From: a virus
Lineage: Duplodnaviria > Caudoviricetes
IMG/VR virus record: IMGVR_UViG_3300049172_000068
Coordinates: 7,387-71,386 of that record
Length of the DNA stretch: 64,000 bases
Strand: one strand, 5' to 3'
Shown here: piece after piece, positions 7,929 to 16,358 of the stretch
How the letters are laid out: every line of letters starts with the position of its first letter
How positions within the stretch are numbered: position 1 is the stretch's first letter
Position numbers and translations under genes: made by a program
The notes under the pieces: generated by a model
What the model was told of the DNA's origin: nothing
What the model saw: the letters and a program-made list of their open reading frames with translations, nothing else
Database searches by the model: none

Positions 7929-8168
7929 ATGGCCGACGAACGGAGCGTCGACGTGGACGAGGGTAGAGACCATCCAGCCGCAGGCGGAAGCGGACCGCCG
8001 ATAGTCGGCGAGCTCAGTCCCGTGCAGCGCGCCTACGGCCGCTACGCCAGCCACTTCCTGAAGTGTCAGGGCTGCCGGGACATCGACCGCTCGTGCGCTG
8101 AGGGTGGGCAGTTGTGGCGGGACTACGAGGACACCAGCGATGCCGTCGGCCGGCTGATGGATGGGTAA
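7929..8168 (+). CDS. Small HxxxCxxC protein divergent from GntR
   Basis: HFLKCQGC..C motif. Confidence 0.55.
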   Translation: MADERSVDVDEGRDHPAAGGSGPPIVGELSPVQRAYGRYASHFLKCQGCRDIDRSCAEGGQLWRDYEDTSDAVGRLMDG

Positions 8169-8415
8169 CCGGGGCGACTGGCCGGTACTGACACGTGCAC
8201 ATTCAGCCACCCTTGAACCCTGCTGAGGCTTACCTCATCACTGGTGACCTGCGGTGACGCAGGAACGTTTGGCCAACACCTGACCTGCGGTTACAGAAAC
8301 GCACCAGGTGCGAACAGAAAGTCGAAGAATATGCATGAGACACCTTCCGCCAGGGCCGAAACTCAGCTTTACTCCTGAGTCCAGGCGCCCCACACGCCCG
8401 GTCTGAAAGCGCTCA

Positions 8416-9039
8416 CTATCGCGTGGGCGACAGTCGAATCAGCCAACGATCCATCGGCAGGATCAGGTCAGCAGTCTCCAGGGGGCGGCCGTCATGGTCG
8501 AAGCGAGTGCGCACCACGCGGAAGGCCATCGAGTCGACGAGCAGCCCGAGCGCATGCGCCTGCTCCTCCGCCAGCTCCACGCACCCCAGCTCAGCCGTAT
8601 AGGACACATGCGGCCGGCGCTGGCCACGCCACCACGACGACACCAGCATCGCCGACCGGCCGCCCGGATCCAGGCACTCGACGGTTTCGTGCCGAAGCAT
8701 CGCGCCTTCGTGGACGCCAAGCCGCTCCGCAAGCTCCACCGTGGCGGGGCGCGGGCGGGTGTCGGTGGTCTCGGTGGAATACGGCCACTCGGCGTCCGCG
8801 TCCGTGAGAGTGCGCATAGCTGGAGGATGCGCCACATACACGGCCCGGCGCTCCTCGCCCTCGAGGACGCCGGTGCGGCGCAGGTGGACGTAGGCGAGGC
8901 GAACGGTCTGAGGGTTTACGCCGAGTTCGGCAGCTAGCTCGGCGCGAGAAGGCAGGTCCTGCCCTGGCCGCCATTCCCCGGCGGCAATGCGGCGCACGAT
9001 GTCAGCAGCGATACGCCGGTAGCGCGCACCCTCTGGCAT
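8416..9039 (-). CDS. GntR/HutC-family regulator (wHTH plus reduced UTRA-like domain; KorSA/TraR-like architecture)
   Basis: RYRRIAADIVRRIAAGEWRPGQDLPSRAELAAEL..; C-terminal RVVRTRFDHDGRPLE. Confidence 0.85.
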   Translation of the reverse strand: MPEGARYRRIAADIVRRIAAGEWRPGQDLPSRAELAAELGVNPQTVRLAYVHLRRTGVLEGEERRAVYVAHPPAMRTLTDADAEWPYSTETTDTRPRPATVELAERLGVHEGAMLRHETVECLDPGGRSAMLVSSWWRGQRRPHVSYTAELGCVELAEEQAHALGLLVDSMAFRVVRTRFDHDGRPLETADLILPMDRWLIRLSPTR

Positions 9040-9095
9040 CCGGACCCCTGCCGACGATCATGACGTGGAGTCAGACGCTATGAGGCTCCTCAGAA

Positions 9096-9111
9096 GCTGG
9101 ATATATCCAGC
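9096..9111. promoter_or_regulatory. Perfect 16-bp palindrome, probable GntR operator
   Basis: GCTGGATATATCCAGC, 57 bp upstream of the GntR start. Confidence 0.6.
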
Positions 9112-9246
9112 GGGCAAGCGTCACGTGGCCGCTCAACTGAACAGAGGTTTCGGGGGCCGCAGCATTCAGGTGGCTGCGGATCCCGGATGACCCACCAACC
9201 TTGAGGAGGTCTCGGCCGCCGCAAGGCGTTCCGTCATGCACTAGAT

Positions 9247-9262
9247 TCGAACGTGCGTTCCC
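9247..9262. promoter_or_regulatory. SOS box-like site
   Basis: TCGAAC-GTGC-GTTCCC, 10/12 match to TCGAAC-N4-GTTCGA. Confidence 0.45.
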
Positions 9263-9376
9263 TCTTTCGTGTGAACAGGGCTATGACCTGCAGCATCTGG
9301 GGGACGCGAACGGTGGGAGGGCGGACGTGTCGGCGCGCCACCAAAGGGTGCCCCTCCCTTGTGGCCGCCGACGCGA

Positions 9377-9409
9377 GCGCACCCCCGGGTCTTCGGGCCG
9401 GGGGTGCGC
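9377..9409. terminator. GC-rich hairpin
   Basis: GCGCACCCCCGG-9nt-CCGGGGGTGCGC. Confidence 0.6.
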
Positions 9410-9421
9410 GCTCACCCTTCC

Positions 9422-9732
9422 TGGGAGATATGGGAGACGAATGGGAGATGACCTGTCACGCCAAACTCAAGCCAACACCTAATGAACCCCAACGAACGCT
9501 GCACCGATCCCGCAATCTGCGGGGAGCGATGTGATCGTCGCAGGTCAACGAGTACCCAACGGAGGTACCCGGGCGACGCGGGGGATCGTCCGAGGCGGGG
9601 GGTAATACCCCTAACGGAAACCGTAAGGCGTGGCATTAAAGCGCAGCTCAGCCGCCCCAGCCATCATGCCTCAGACTCGCCCTTCCTTGCATCCTCGTTG
9701 GGTGTGGGAGATTCCTGGGAGATCATCTCCCC
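9422..9732. other. attP-like junction with integrase arm-type repeats on both sides; core not identified
   Basis: TGGGAGA at 9422, 9431, 9442, 9705 and 9716, inverted TCTCCCC at 9726; overlaps the integrase 3' end. Confidence 0.6.
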
Positions 9733-10971
9733 GCTCTCCTTCTTGCGTCGCGGCCGGGCCAGCTCCCACTCCGCAGGGTCGTCCACCAGCGAAGTCGACT
9801 TCTCCCACAGCTTCTGCAGGTCGGTCGCGATGTCCTTCTCCATGGCCAGCGTCGTGTGCGAGTAGGTGCCCTCGACGCCCGGGATCGTGTGCCGCATCCG
9901 CTCCTCGACCGCCACCCGCGGATGCTTCAGCTCGTCCAGCCAGACCTTCATGGAGTGCCGGAGCCCGTGCGGCACCAGGTTCTCGATCCCGGCGACCGCC
10001 TTCATGTCCGGCATACGTGACGGTCGGCCCAGACGGTCCGGCACGGCCTTGTGGCCGTCGACGAACCGCCGCCAGATGTCCGCGTAGAAGTACGCCCCGG
10101 TGTCCATCTTCCGGCCCGTCGCGCTCGGGAACACCCACTCCGATTTGTGGGAGGCGAGCACCTCGCGCAGCAGCCCGGCGAGGAACGGCGGCAGGATGAT
10201 GCTGCCCGTCGACTCGTACTTCGGCGCCACCTGAGCCTTCTTGCCGTCGACGTACTGGCTCTGCTCCTGCACCAGCAGCCGGCACCCCTGCCCCTGGTCC
10301 TCGAGGATCAGGTGTTCGCGGCGCAGGCCGGCCGCCTCGGAGATCCGCAACCCGCAGTAGGCGATCGTCAGCACGAGTGTGTAGCCGACGAGGCCGCGCA
10401 TCTCGCGCGCGTTGCGTGCCAGCAGGTAGGCCTGGCGGGGGGTGGCGATGACGACCTCGTCGTGCTGCTGCTTGCCCTTGTACCGGCCGCGGCGCCGCGA
10501 CTTGAGCGTCGGCACCGGGTTGTCGGCTCGCACCTTCGAGGTGACCGCGTCGTCGAACATGACCCGCAGCACCGACATGACCGACTTCACGTAGCGGGGC
10601 TTGTACTGGCGACGTAGCTGCTGCTCCCACGTCTTGACGGCCACCTCGGTGATGTCGCCCATGGCGGCGTCCCCCCAGCGGGGGAGGATCACCGAACGCA
10701 GGCGCTGCCGGTAGGTCTTATCGCTCCGGTTCGCCAGCTCCACCGACTCAATCCACAGGTCCGCCCACTCGCGGACGGTGATGCGGCTGTCCCGTGGATC
10801 AAGGAACGTCTTACGCCGGACGTCCGTCTCGAGGCCGGCCGCGTAGTTCTTGGCCGAGGTCTTCGTGGTGAACGGCTGGTCGTTGTCGTCGCGGGTGACT
10901 GACCCCCAGGTGCCGTCAGGCAGCTTGTATCTGCCGCGCCACGATTTCCCGCGCTTCTCCGCATAAGCCAT
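9664..10971 (-). CDS. int: Tyrosine integrase with N-terminal arm-binding domain
   Basis: MAYAEKRGKSWRGRYKLPDG N-domain; CGLRISE (R), HGLRHS, RMRH, GTYSH (Y). Confidence 0.95.
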   Translation of the reverse strand: MAYAEKRGKSWRGRYKLPDGTWGSVTRDDNDQPFTTKTSAKNYAAGLETDVRRKTFLDPRDSRITVREWADLWIESVELANRSDKTYRQRLRSVILPRWGDAAMGDITEVAVKTWEQQLRRQYKPRYVKSVMSVLRVMFDDAVTSKVRADNPVPTLKSRRRGRYKGKQQHDEVVIATPRQAYLLARNAREMRGLVGYTLVLTIAYCGLRISEAAGLRREHLILEDQGQGCRLLVQEQSQYVDGKKAQVAPKYESTGSIILPPFLAGLLREVLASHKSEWVFPSATGRKMDTGAYFYADIWRRFVDGHKAVPDRLGRPSRMPDMKAVAGIENLVPHGLRHSMKVWLDELKHPRVAVEERMRHTIPGVEGTYSHTTLAMEKDIATDLQKLWEKSTSLVDDPAEWELARPRRKKESGEMISQESPTPNEDARKGESEA

Positions 10972-11002
10972 GGATCACCTCGCCGAGCCGTGCATTTGCG
11001 CA

Positions 11003-11224
11003 TCAACCTCTGACGGCACGCAAGGCCGAAAGGACTGTCGAGTCGTCCAGCTCCTGGCAGTCACCGGCTATATGACTGTCCAGCAGCTCCTGCATGCGTT
11101 GCGCACCGCATTCAGTGATCAGCTTACGGTCGACGCAGATGATGAAGCGGCCGTCGCCGTGATCCTCTTTGAGGATCTGGCCCTCGAACGGCATACCTGA
11201 GACACGCAGTACCCGCACACACAT
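11003..11224 (-). CDS. Small hypothetical protein between repressor and int
   Basis: MCVRVLRVSGMPFEGQIL..; co-oriented with the repressor. Confidence 0.55.
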   Translation of the reverse strand: MCVRVLRVSGMPFEGQILKEDHGDGRFIICVDRKLITECGAQRMQELLDSHIAGDCQELDDSTVLSALRAVRG

Positions 11225-11328
11225 TGGTCCCCCAAGACCGCCGCGGGTGCCCCTCCCTCGTGGTCCCGCCATGAGATCACATCTTGTTGAGGGGCGGGAG
11301 GGGTTGGACGCGATCGGTGTGCGAGCGG

Positions 11329-11880
11329 TTACGAACCGTCTGCGGCTTGGGGTTCGTCGTCGCCGGGCAGCCCGTGCAGCTGGCTTTCGGCGCGCCGCCA
11401 GGCGAGGAGCGCTTCCTGAATCTGCTCAGGGGTGGCGTCGGGCTGACCGTGGACCACGACCGTCATGCGCACACCGTTGGCCCCGGGTAGCCGGATGACG
11501 GTGGAGTCGAGCAGCGGGTCGTCGCTCTCGAGCTCGTCGACGATCCGCAGGGGCAGCTTGCCGCGCAGCTTGTCCGAGCCGCCGCGAAGGTTGGCCGAAA
11601 CGTCGTGGACGACGGAGGCGGGTTTGGGTTCGCCGCCGTGAAGGATTGCGAGCCCGGATCCTTCGGCCCAGCCGATGTGAGGCTCGACCTTGGCGAGCGA
11701 TGGAGGGATACGGCCGGGGCGGCGGCTGGCGTCTTCGAGGTTCTGGACGCTGCCTTCGCTGATGCCGGCGCGTTCGGCGAGGGTGACCTGCGAGAGGCCA
11801 CGTGCTTCGCGTGCCGCCCGGATGGCGGTTGCGAGCTTGGGCCACTGCAGTTTGGTCCGGTCCTCTGTCATGGCCTTCAT
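11329..11880 (-). CDS. Immunity repressor (XRE HTH)
   Basis: LATAIRAAREARGLSQVTLAERAGISEGSVQNLE; divergent from cro; start uncertain (11871 or 11880). Confidence 0.85.
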   Translation of the reverse strand: MKAMTEDRTKLQWPKLATAIRAAREARGLSQVTLAERAGISEGSVQNLEDASRRPGRIPPSLAKVEPHIGWAEGSGLAILHGGEPKPASVVHDVSANLRGGSDKLRGKLPLRIVDELESDDPLLDSTVIRLPGANGVRMTVVVHGQPDATPEQIQEALLAWRRAESQLHGLPGDDEPQAADGS

Positions 11881-12066
11881 GATGCCGCACGGTTTGGCAA
11901 CACGCACTGATCGAATCCCCCAATTGACCAGGATTGATCGGTCTTATGGGGTCTCTTTTGTTGCTTCGTTAGCCCCTCGTTGCGCCTGCGCCCCGTAAGT
12001 GCGCCCGTGCGCGCCGTGCACCTCTGGCCATAGTTGAAGCCTTGGCGCCCCATCGAGCGCTCAATG

Positions 12067-12100
12067 AAACCCAATAAACACCCAACGAAACCCAGCGAAC
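12067..12100 (+). repeat. 10-11-bp periodic direct repeats upstream of cro
   Basis: AAACCCAATA/AACACCCAACG/AAACCCAGCG/AAC; a similar array lies at 9463-9497. Confidence 0.6.
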
Positions 12101-12140
12101 TCCTTGCGCCCTGCCGTCCGATGGGTCTACGTTGTGTCTC

Positions 12141-12359
12141 GTGAGACCCAACGGAGCCGCAATGAAGGCCATCCGCGAGGCACGGGGGATCAGCCTTCAG
12201 CAGCTCGCCAAGGACATCGGCCGAGATGTCGGCTTCCTCTCCCGGGTCGAGAACGACCAGCAGGGAGCGGGAGACGAAACCCTCCACCGCTACGCCGAAC
12301 GTCTGAACGTGCCGCTCAAGGCCATAACCCACAAGGAGAAGTCCCGTGATCAGGAATGA
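12141..12359 (+). CDS. Cro-like XRE HTH protein
   Basis: MRPNGAAMKAIREARGISLQQLAKDIGRDVGFLSRVE. Confidence 0.85.
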   Translation: MRPNGAAMKAIREARGISLQQLAKDIGRDVGFLSRVENDQQGAGDETLHRYAERLNVPLKAITHKEKSRDQE

Positions 12360-12705
12360 CCTCGCTCCCCCCACCGTGGTCGGCGAGGGGGAGATCGCCG
12401 CCGCAGTCGACACCACGCTCATCCTGCGGCTCGCCTCGGCGGTCGAGCAGCTGGCCTCTCAGCAGGCCATCGAAAGCCTTGAGCTGCGCTGCTTCACCCC
12501 CGAAGAGGCCGCCGTGATCCTCGGTAAGACCGAGAACTGGGTTGCCGACCAGATCCGGGCCCGCCGGATCCCGTTCACCTATGTCGGCCGCACGCCGCGC
12601 CTGACCGCCGCCCACATCCGACAGATCCAGGCCCAGGGCGAAGTACTCCCGCACAAGTACGCCAAGCCCGTCTCCGCTCGGACGCCGGCCCGCGCCGCCG
12701 CCTGA
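12346..12705 (+). CDS. Excisionase-like HTH protein
   Basis: FTPEEAAVILGKTENWVADQIRARRIPFTYVGRTPRLT (HTH_17/MerR-like); follows cro. Confidence 0.75.
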   Translation: MIRNDLAPPTVVGEGEIAAAVDTTLILRLASAVEQLASQQAIESLELRCFTPEEAAVILGKTENWVADQIRARRIPFTYVGRTPRLTAAHIRQIQAQGEVLPHKYAKPVSARTPARAAA

Positions 12706-12788
12706 GCGGCAAAGAGGCCGCCCCGTTGGCCCGGGACGACCTCAGTGATCCACCCCTGACGAACCTCACGAAACGAAAGGGGCTTCAC

Positions 12789-13118
12789 GTGAAGCCATCA
12801 TCCCAGACCGCCCTCGTTATCGACCAGACGAAGATTCGCATGGACGAGGATCTCGCCCGCCGCGGGGCGCCCGGCTTTCCCCGGTCGTTGGACTGGTGGA
12901 AGCGCAACACGCCTCTCTGGGTCGATGTGGCAGAAGACGAGCAGGGGCGCATCACCCTGGAGCCGAACGGGCGTCAGGCCGATGGCGCAGTCCGCGAGGT
13001 GACGCCCGCGCTTCGACGTCGCCACCTCCAGTACACCCGCAACTGGGCAACCAGCCTCGTCTTCCTGGACCTCTCCGACGCGATGGTCAACGCCGTCTCC
13101 GAGGAGGCGGCCCGATGA
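12789..13118 (+). CDS. Early hypothetical protein
   Basis: AAAGGGG RBS; coupled to the next ORF. Confidence 0.6.
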   Translation: MKPSSQTALVIDQTKIRMDEDLARRGAPGFPRSLDWWKRNTPLWVDVAEDEQGRITLEPNGRQADGAVREVTPALRRRHLQYTRNWATSLVFLDLSDAMVNAVSEEAAR

Positions 13119-13384
13119 ACGACCTGACCCCGTTCGACCACATCACCGCGAAGCTCCCGCAGCTGTCCGCGTTCCAGGCCGCCTGGAACGAGGCCGAGGA
13201 GCTGCTGACCGAGACGCACCCGGAGGGCTTCGAGGTCGAGGAGATCGGCCGTATCGCCTTCGGCTGCCTGCCTGAGGAGGAGAAGCCGGCCGCGCTGGAC
13301 GCCCTCTATTACTGCTGGTGGACCGCCCTGCAGTCCGACCGTGAGCGGCGTGCCGCCTTCGAGGCCATGGAGGGTCAGCGATGA
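13115..13384 (+). CDS. Early hypothetical protein
   Basis: ATGA overlap chain. Confidence 0.65.
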   Translation: MNDLTPFDHITAKLPQLSAFQAAWNEAEELLTETHPEGFEVEEIGRIAFGCLPEEEKPAALDALYYCWWTALQSDRERRAAFEAMEGQR

Positions 13385-14163
13385 GCAACTACCCCGAGAT
13401 CGCCGCCCGCTTCGCCGGCCACGAGATGACCGTGCTCCACGATGACGGCCTGTACCGGCATCTGCGGTTCGAGGGCACGGCCGAGTCCTCGCTCGGTCGC
13501 TACCCGAGCTACCCGTTCGAGCTCATCACCTGGCCGTACAACCTCGTCGTCAAGTCGGGTTGGACGTTCCACTTCGACATCGACGCCACCCCCGACATGT
13601 TCAACCTGTTCCGGAAGACCGCGCTCTCCGGGCAGATCAACCCCGGTTACTGGTCGGAGAAGGTCCGCGCCGGACGCGACGAAGTCGAGGACTACTCGAT
13701 TGACCTCCTGAAGAAGGAGATCGACGAGACGGTCACCTACTGGACCGAGGAACTGGCGCCGGGCGGGGTGCTCACTGCCGAGCAGCTGCGGAGCAAGGTC
13801 CACGAGCACTTCTTCGGGGACCTCGGTGACTACAACGTCGAGTACGAAGACGAGGCGCACCGGGCGCTGCACGACTTCCAGGTCGGCGACCACTTCAAGG
13901 CGACCTGCCAGTGCGGAGCGTCCAAGGCGCACGAGTACTACACCGTCGTCACCGAGTGGCGCAGGCAGCACCTCAGCGCACTGCCTCACCGCCACGATGA
14001 GGGTGTCGACCCGGCGCCGATCGTGCACGACTCCGGCTACCACTTCTACGACTGGCACGAGTGGCGGCTGAAGGACTTCACGCCGGGCTTCCTGCACTCC
14101 TGCTACGCGATCCGCCACGGCATCGACCTGTGGGACGCCGCCCGAAAGCAGGTGGCCGCATGA
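13381..14163 (+). CDS. Phage hypothetical protein (260 aa)
   Basis: HDDGLYRHLRF..FELITWP..INPGYWSEKV; overlap chain. Confidence 0.75.
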   Translation: MSNYPEIAARFAGHEMTVLHDDGLYRHLRFEGTAESSLGRYPSYPFELITWPYNLVVKSGWTFHFDIDATPDMFNLFRKTALSGQINPGYWSEKVRAGRDEVEDYSIDLLKKEIDETVTYWTEELAPGGVLTAEQLRSKVHEHFFGDLGDYNVEYEDEAHRALHDFQVGDHFKATCQCGASKAHEYYTVVTEWRRQHLSALPHRHDEGVDPAPIVHDSGYHFYDWHEWRLKDFTPGFLHSCYAIRHGIDLWDAARKQVAA

Positions 14164-14723
14164 ACGCCGAGCAGTGGAACGCGCTCTACCCGGTCGGCAC
14201 GCTCGTCTTCGCCTACCCGGGGGCCCGTCCGGAGGACGACGCGAACGACGAGCGTCTCGTGACCCGCACCCGCAGCAGGGCCTCCCTGCTCGGCGGCCAC
14301 ACCGACGTCGTCTGGGTCGACGGGCACAGCGCCTGCATCTCCCTCACCCACGTCGACCCGGTGTCGGAGAGCATGTGGAAGGCCGCCAAGCAGGCCGAGG
14401 AGACCGCCGCCGCTGTGGCCGCGCAGGGTGCGCTGCCGGTGCCGGTCGGCGACCAGCCCCAGCCGCTCGGCCACGCGACTCCGGCCGAGACTGTCCCCAC
14501 CCTGCTGGCCACGATCAAGGAACTGCGTGACCTGCGCGCCCCGCTGATCGAGGCACTTCGCACGGTCTACCAGTCGATGACCAGCTGCGTCGGTGACGAG
14601 TGGGCCATGGAGTGGCTCGGCGAAGTCTGGACGCAGATCCCGCTCGACGTCCGCGCCCTCGCGGACGACACGGACGCGGCGGCCGAACTCGCCGCCGCCC
14701 CGACCGAGGGGGCCTCGTCGTGA
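14160..14723 (+). CDS. Early hypothetical protein
   Basis: MNAEQWNALYPVGT..TRTRSRASLLGGHTDVVWVDG. Confidence 0.7.
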   Translation: MNAEQWNALYPVGTLVFAYPGARPEDDANDERLVTRTRSRASLLGGHTDVVWVDGHSACISLTHVDPVSESMWKAAKQAEETAAAVAAQGALPVPVGDQPQPLGHATPAETVPTLLATIKELRDLRAPLIEALRTVYQSMTSCVGDEWAMEWLGEVWTQIPLDVRALADDTDAAAELAAAPTEGASS

Positions 14724-14911
14724 GCGACCGCCAGTACCCGATCCGGCCGCAACCGGACGACGACCCGCGCTTCACCCGCGGCCTCGCCCTCGACGTCGCC
14801 AAGATCCTCGAACAGCACGGCTACCCGCCGGTCCGCAACGGCCGCGACTTCCTCGAACTCCAGCAAGCCCTCTACGGATTCCTCTACACCGGCCCCAAGG
14901 AGACGTCGTGA
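14720..14911 (+). CDS. Early hypothetical protein
   Basis: GTGA overlap chain. Confidence 0.6.
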   Translation: MSDRQYPIRPQPDDDPRFTRGLALDVAKILEQHGYPPVRNGRDFLELQQALYGFLYTGPKETS

Positions 14912-15150
14912 CCACGGACCTCGACGGCACGGTCATAGACCTCGACCGCGTGCAGGTCGCCCTGGACGGCACGCGCTGGCTGTGGACCTGCGACATCTCC
15001 GACGCCGGTGACCCGCTCATGCAGCGCCTCGACAGCCCCGTCCCGACCGTGCTGGTGCTGCCGTCCGTGTGGATGACCCACGGGCCCGTGCTCGCCGAGC
15101 AGCAGCCGACCACCTCCGCCATGTACCGGCAAGTCCTGGAGGCAGCGTGA
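14908..15150 (+). CDS. Early hypothetical protein
   Basis: GTGA overlap chain. Confidence 0.6.
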   Translation: MTTDLDGTVIDLDRVQVALDGTRWLWTCDISDAGDPLMQRLDSPVPTVLVLPSVWMTHGPVLAEQQPTTSAMYRQVLEAA

Positions 15151-15398
15151 ACTTCCTCAAGAGCGACGTCCTCGCCCTGCTCGACGTCGATGTCCTGCGC
15201 AGCGAACAGGCCGACGAACGGCGCTGCATCCGAGCCCACGTGGCGGGCGGCATGCCCGTCGACGAGGTCTGCGCCACCTGGGTCGACCGGCACCAGGACG
15301 AGATCGACCGACAGGAAACCGGCATGCCGCTGGCCGTCGCACTCGCCGAGTCGATGCGCCAGCGATACGGCCGCACCGGGGCCAGGGAGAACGCGTGA
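15147..15398 (+). CDS. Early hypothetical protein
   Basis: GTGA overlap chain. Confidence 0.55.
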   Translation: MNFLKSDVLALLDVDVLRSEQADERRCIRAHVAGGMPVDEVCATWVDRHQDEIDRQETGMPLAVALAESMRQRYGRTGARENA

Positions 15399-15583
15399 CC
15401 GCCCCGGCCGAGCGCGGCACCGACGCCGAAGTTCAGGCCGCCATCGACCAGCTCACCGCCCGCGAAGCCGAACTCGCCGCCGAGATCGCCTTCCAGCGCG
15501 AGCAGCGCTTCGAACTCCGCACCGCCGCCAGCTTCCGCGAATCGCGCGAGGCCGGCTACATCGACCGCACCGGACTGGAGTAG
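15395..15583 (+). CDS. Early hypothetical protein
   Basis: GTGA overlap chain. Confidence 0.55.
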   Translation: MTAPAERGTDAEVQAAIDQLTAREAELAAEIAFQREQRFELRTAASFRESREAGYIDRTGLE

Positions 15584-15586
15584 ACC

Positions 15587-15946
15587 GTGACGACTCCCGC
15601 AACCAGGGCCATAGAGGCCGCCAACGTCCTCGACAAGGCGGTCGGCCACCTGCAGAAGGTCGGCCACTACAAGGGCTACCTGTACGACGAGCAGCAGGCC
15701 GAGGACACCGCCCTGGAGTCCTGCCGAGTGTGCGCCGTCGGGTCGATCCTCGCCGCCGCCTACGGCGAGCCCCGCTACCCGGCCCTCGACACCGCCAAGT
15801 CCGACGTCACCGACACCGCCATCGACGCGGTCGAGGAGACGGTCGGCACGCCGGTGCCTGTGTGGAACGACGAACCCGAGCGCACCGTCGACGACGTCGT
15901 CACCGCCATGCGCACCACCGCGGCCAGGCTCCGAGAGGCCGCCTGA
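15587..15946 (+). CDS. Early hypothetical protein (DUF6197-like)
   Basis: CRVCAVGSI..WNDEPERTVDDVV; family name recalled. Confidence 0.6.
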   Translation: MTTPATRAIEAANVLDKAVGHLQKVGHYKGYLYDEQQAEDTALESCRVCAVGSILAAAYGEPRYPALDTAKSDVTDTAIDAVEETVGTPVPVWNDEPERTVDDVVTAMRTTAARLREAA

Positions 15947-16251
15947 TGGGCAGGCGGCGAGCCGGCGAAGACAACATACGGCTACGGGCCCGACTGCAGA
16001 TACTCGGCGACGACCTCGCCTGGTACCGGGCCCGACTCAGGGAAGTCACCGCCCGCTACCGGGCCGCCCGAGCCCGGGCCGAGATCGCCGACGGGCAGCG
16101 CGTCCTCGCCGAACAGCTCATCCAACGCCAAGTGCAGCAGCTGATGGCCCGCGACTCGGAGATCGAGGAACTACGCCGCCGGCTGCACGTGTCCGGCGAG
16201 GACACCGTCGAGACGCCACTCCCGGCCGCCTCCCGCCAGACCGCCGCATAG
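15946..16251 (+). CDS. Coiled-coil hypothetical protein
   Basis: TGATG overlap. Confidence 0.55.
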   Translation: MGRRRAGEDNIRLRARLQILGDDLAWYRARLREVTARYRAARARAEIADGQRVLAEQLIQRQVQQLMARDSEIEELRRRLHVSGEDTVETPLPAASRQTAA

Positions 16252-16358
16252 ACCGCCGCCCGCCGGATGACCACCAGGCCGGCGGAGCGGCGCACAAGAA
16301 AGAACCCCACCCGGGTCTAGCGGGCGGGGGTCCACCACCAGCATCCCAGGAGATCACC

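Larger units (their letters stand above)
1..9450. mobile_element. Right end of prophage A (lysis cassette plus terminal accessory region)
   Basis: Endolysin C-terminus, holin and lysis membrane genes at 1-1988, followed by accessory genes up to the arm repeats at 9422-9448; left part lies outside the window. Confidence 0.75.

Noticed and set aside
8200-8410. Possible hammerhead ribozyme or structured RNA (TGATGAG, GAAA, short hairpins)
   Set aside because: No CUGAnGA core with correctly placed stems II/III and cleavage triplet on either strand.
9241-9262. GTTCGAATC on the minus strand looked like a tRNA T-loop (possible attB tRNA)
   Set aside because: The flanks cannot form a T-stem and there is no acceptor or anticodon arm; it fits an SOS box better. 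No tRNA was found in the window.
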